NCBI GenBank assembly: GCA_964016885.1
Contig: OZ024741.1
Location: 170,004,001-170,068,000 of the forward strand
Origin: Eledone cirrhosa
Lineage: Eukaryota
Direction: 5' to 3'
DNA length: 64,000 bases
The position numbers and the translations under genes are program-made. Of this stretch, positions 62,424-64,000 are shown in pieces; the first letter of the stretch is position 1; the number at the start of each line of letters is the position of its first letter. Below the pieces are notes generated by a model, which was not told the origin of the DNA, did no database searches, and saw nothing but the letters and a program-made list of their open reading frames with translations.

Positions 62424-64000
62424 GTAAGAAGTAATAAAAAATCTCTAGAGTCTAAAACAGCTGCTATATTTCGTTGGTATTGCGTTTTCAGCCAATGCTA
62501 TAAATAATTTACTAGGGTGGTGGTACTGAGGCTACAAAAGCCTGATGGGCTGCATCGGGTTAGGCGAAAGGGAAAAAAGGAAACGGAAGAGGATGGGGAG
62601 TGGAAGGAAGTGATAGGAAGAGATAAAGGGAAGAAGAAAAATAAAAGGAAAAGAAAAAAGTAAAGAAGTACATCTACCTATGTTAGCTGGGGGTTCTCCT
62701 ATCTCGTTCGGCAAGTGGGGAAAAGGAGCAAGTTGCAGCCATTGTCTACCCACCCGGGTCATGAGGGGGTTTGAAGGCGAGGTAAGTCCTACGCAAACGG
62801 TGTTTGCATGCAGTTACAAATTCGTCTTTTTAGTTTAGGAGTTGGTCCTTCGTAAACAGCATTTTTAATGTTTCCTCCGAGCATAAGCTACACGGACGGC
62901 GTCCTTTTGTGTAGGAGCTAGCCCTGGACAGTAAGCTCCAAGTAAGATTGTATGTTATGTTATTATCTTGGAGGTCCCAGATGTGGCCCGAAAGTGTGGT
63001 GGCATGTCACCAGGCCGGGTTTCGGAACGTATGTCGGTTTTGGTAGAGCCGTGTCTTAAAGTCACAAGCGGTTAATCTTATAGGGGCACGTAGATCTATC
63101 AGGGCCGTTACACCTCCTGGTCGGCCCTTCACTAATATCTAGGTTGTTGCTTCCATAGGGGTTGAGTTTTTTGTTGTTTGAGGAGGCGATGTTTTGTGCG
63201 AAGTTGGGTGCGGTGCTGTAGGAGAGTTTGATAGTGTTTTTGTTGATTATGTTGTGGTAGCGGTGTTGTGGTGGGAAGTGTTTTTCGAGGAGCCTAAAGA
63301 AAATTTTCCTGATAGGTGTTGCCACTTCGGCATTGTGGGGAGGGTTGAACCACGTTACGTGGCGTGAACGGCGGCGTCGCCTGCTGGTTCCGCTGAGGGA
63401 AGCTGGTTAAAAGGAGATTTCCTCCCGGAAGCCGCTTCGCTTGAGGAGCCTGGTTGTAATGAGGCGCATATTCATCGAATATCTGCGCATTAGCGGACAA
63501 ACGAGATATGCGGAGGGAGATGTTTTTAACCAGGTTATTGGTGATGTTTCTAGGATGGTTAGAGCGGCGGTTGATGTAGTGCAGGTTGTTGTTTGGTTGC
63601 CTGTATGGGTATACAGATCATTTTCTAGGTTGAGGGTAACGTCCAGGAAATCGACTCGGGTTAAGGACGTTTGTAGGGTGATTTTAAATCCCCAGTCCCG
63701 GAAGAAGTTTCCCCACTTGCCGAACAAGATAGGGGAAACCCCAGCTAACATAGGTAGATGTACTTCTTTACTTTTTTTTCTTTTCCTTTTTATTTTTCTT
63801 CTTCCCTTTATCTCTTCCTTCCACTCCCTATCCTCTTCCTTTTCCTTTTTCCCCTTTCGCCTATCCCGAGGTAGCCCATCGGGCTTTTGTATCCTCAGTA
63901 CCCCCACCCCAGTAAATTATTTATAGCATTGGCCGAAAACGCAATACCAACGAAATATAGCAGCTGTTTTAGACTCTCGAGATTTTTTATTACTTCTTAC
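62424..64000. repeat. Inverted pLTR pair bracketing the Penelope fragment
   Basis: 62424-62724 is the reverse complement of 63707-64000 (runs off the window edge). Confidence 0.88.
62760..63705 (-). pseudogene. Penelope-like element ORF fragment (RT thumb + GIY-YIG C-terminus)
   Basis: VDFLDVTLNL, YINRRSNHP, WFNPP, KHFPPQHRYHNIINKNTIKLSYS, FKTRLYQNRHTF, LSGHIWDL, CSLCSEE. Confidence 0.85.

Noticed and set aside
62455-62570. Hammerhead in the terminal Penelope pLTR (CTGAAAA..GAAA on minus; CTGATGG..GAAA on plus)
   Set aside because: Core mismatches and no closing stem I in either copy

Overview
AT-rich, microsatellite-dense eukaryotic DNA, most likely octopus/cephalopod (inferred from tRNA-derived Nin-domain SINEs, MetaSINE and the repeat landscape). 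I found no host protein-coding gene; almost all long ORFs in the track are microsatellite artefacts or transposon remnants. The window contains: (i) one nearly intact Tx1/L1-clade LINE in (TAA)n and two decayed tandem copies of a sister family in (TATC)n; (ii) tandem R4/Dong-type RLE retrotransposons in (TAA)n plus an old degenerate copy; (iii) a CRE-like fragment, three Penelope (GIY-YIG) fragments, two non-autonomous Helitrons, a mariner pseudogene, MITEs and many SINEs. The main hidden signal is about 9 minimal type-I hammerhead ribozyme motifs (CUGANGA...GAAA-palindrome-UH) from several unrelated Penelope-like pLTR families. Several sit in foldback inverted repeats inserted in (TA)n, with a hot spot at 31.4-34.6 kb where both strands encode a ribozyme. 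Both Tx1 families also keep a GTAAGT splice-donor motif overlapping the ORF1 stop codon. All calls were made by eye; no searches were run.
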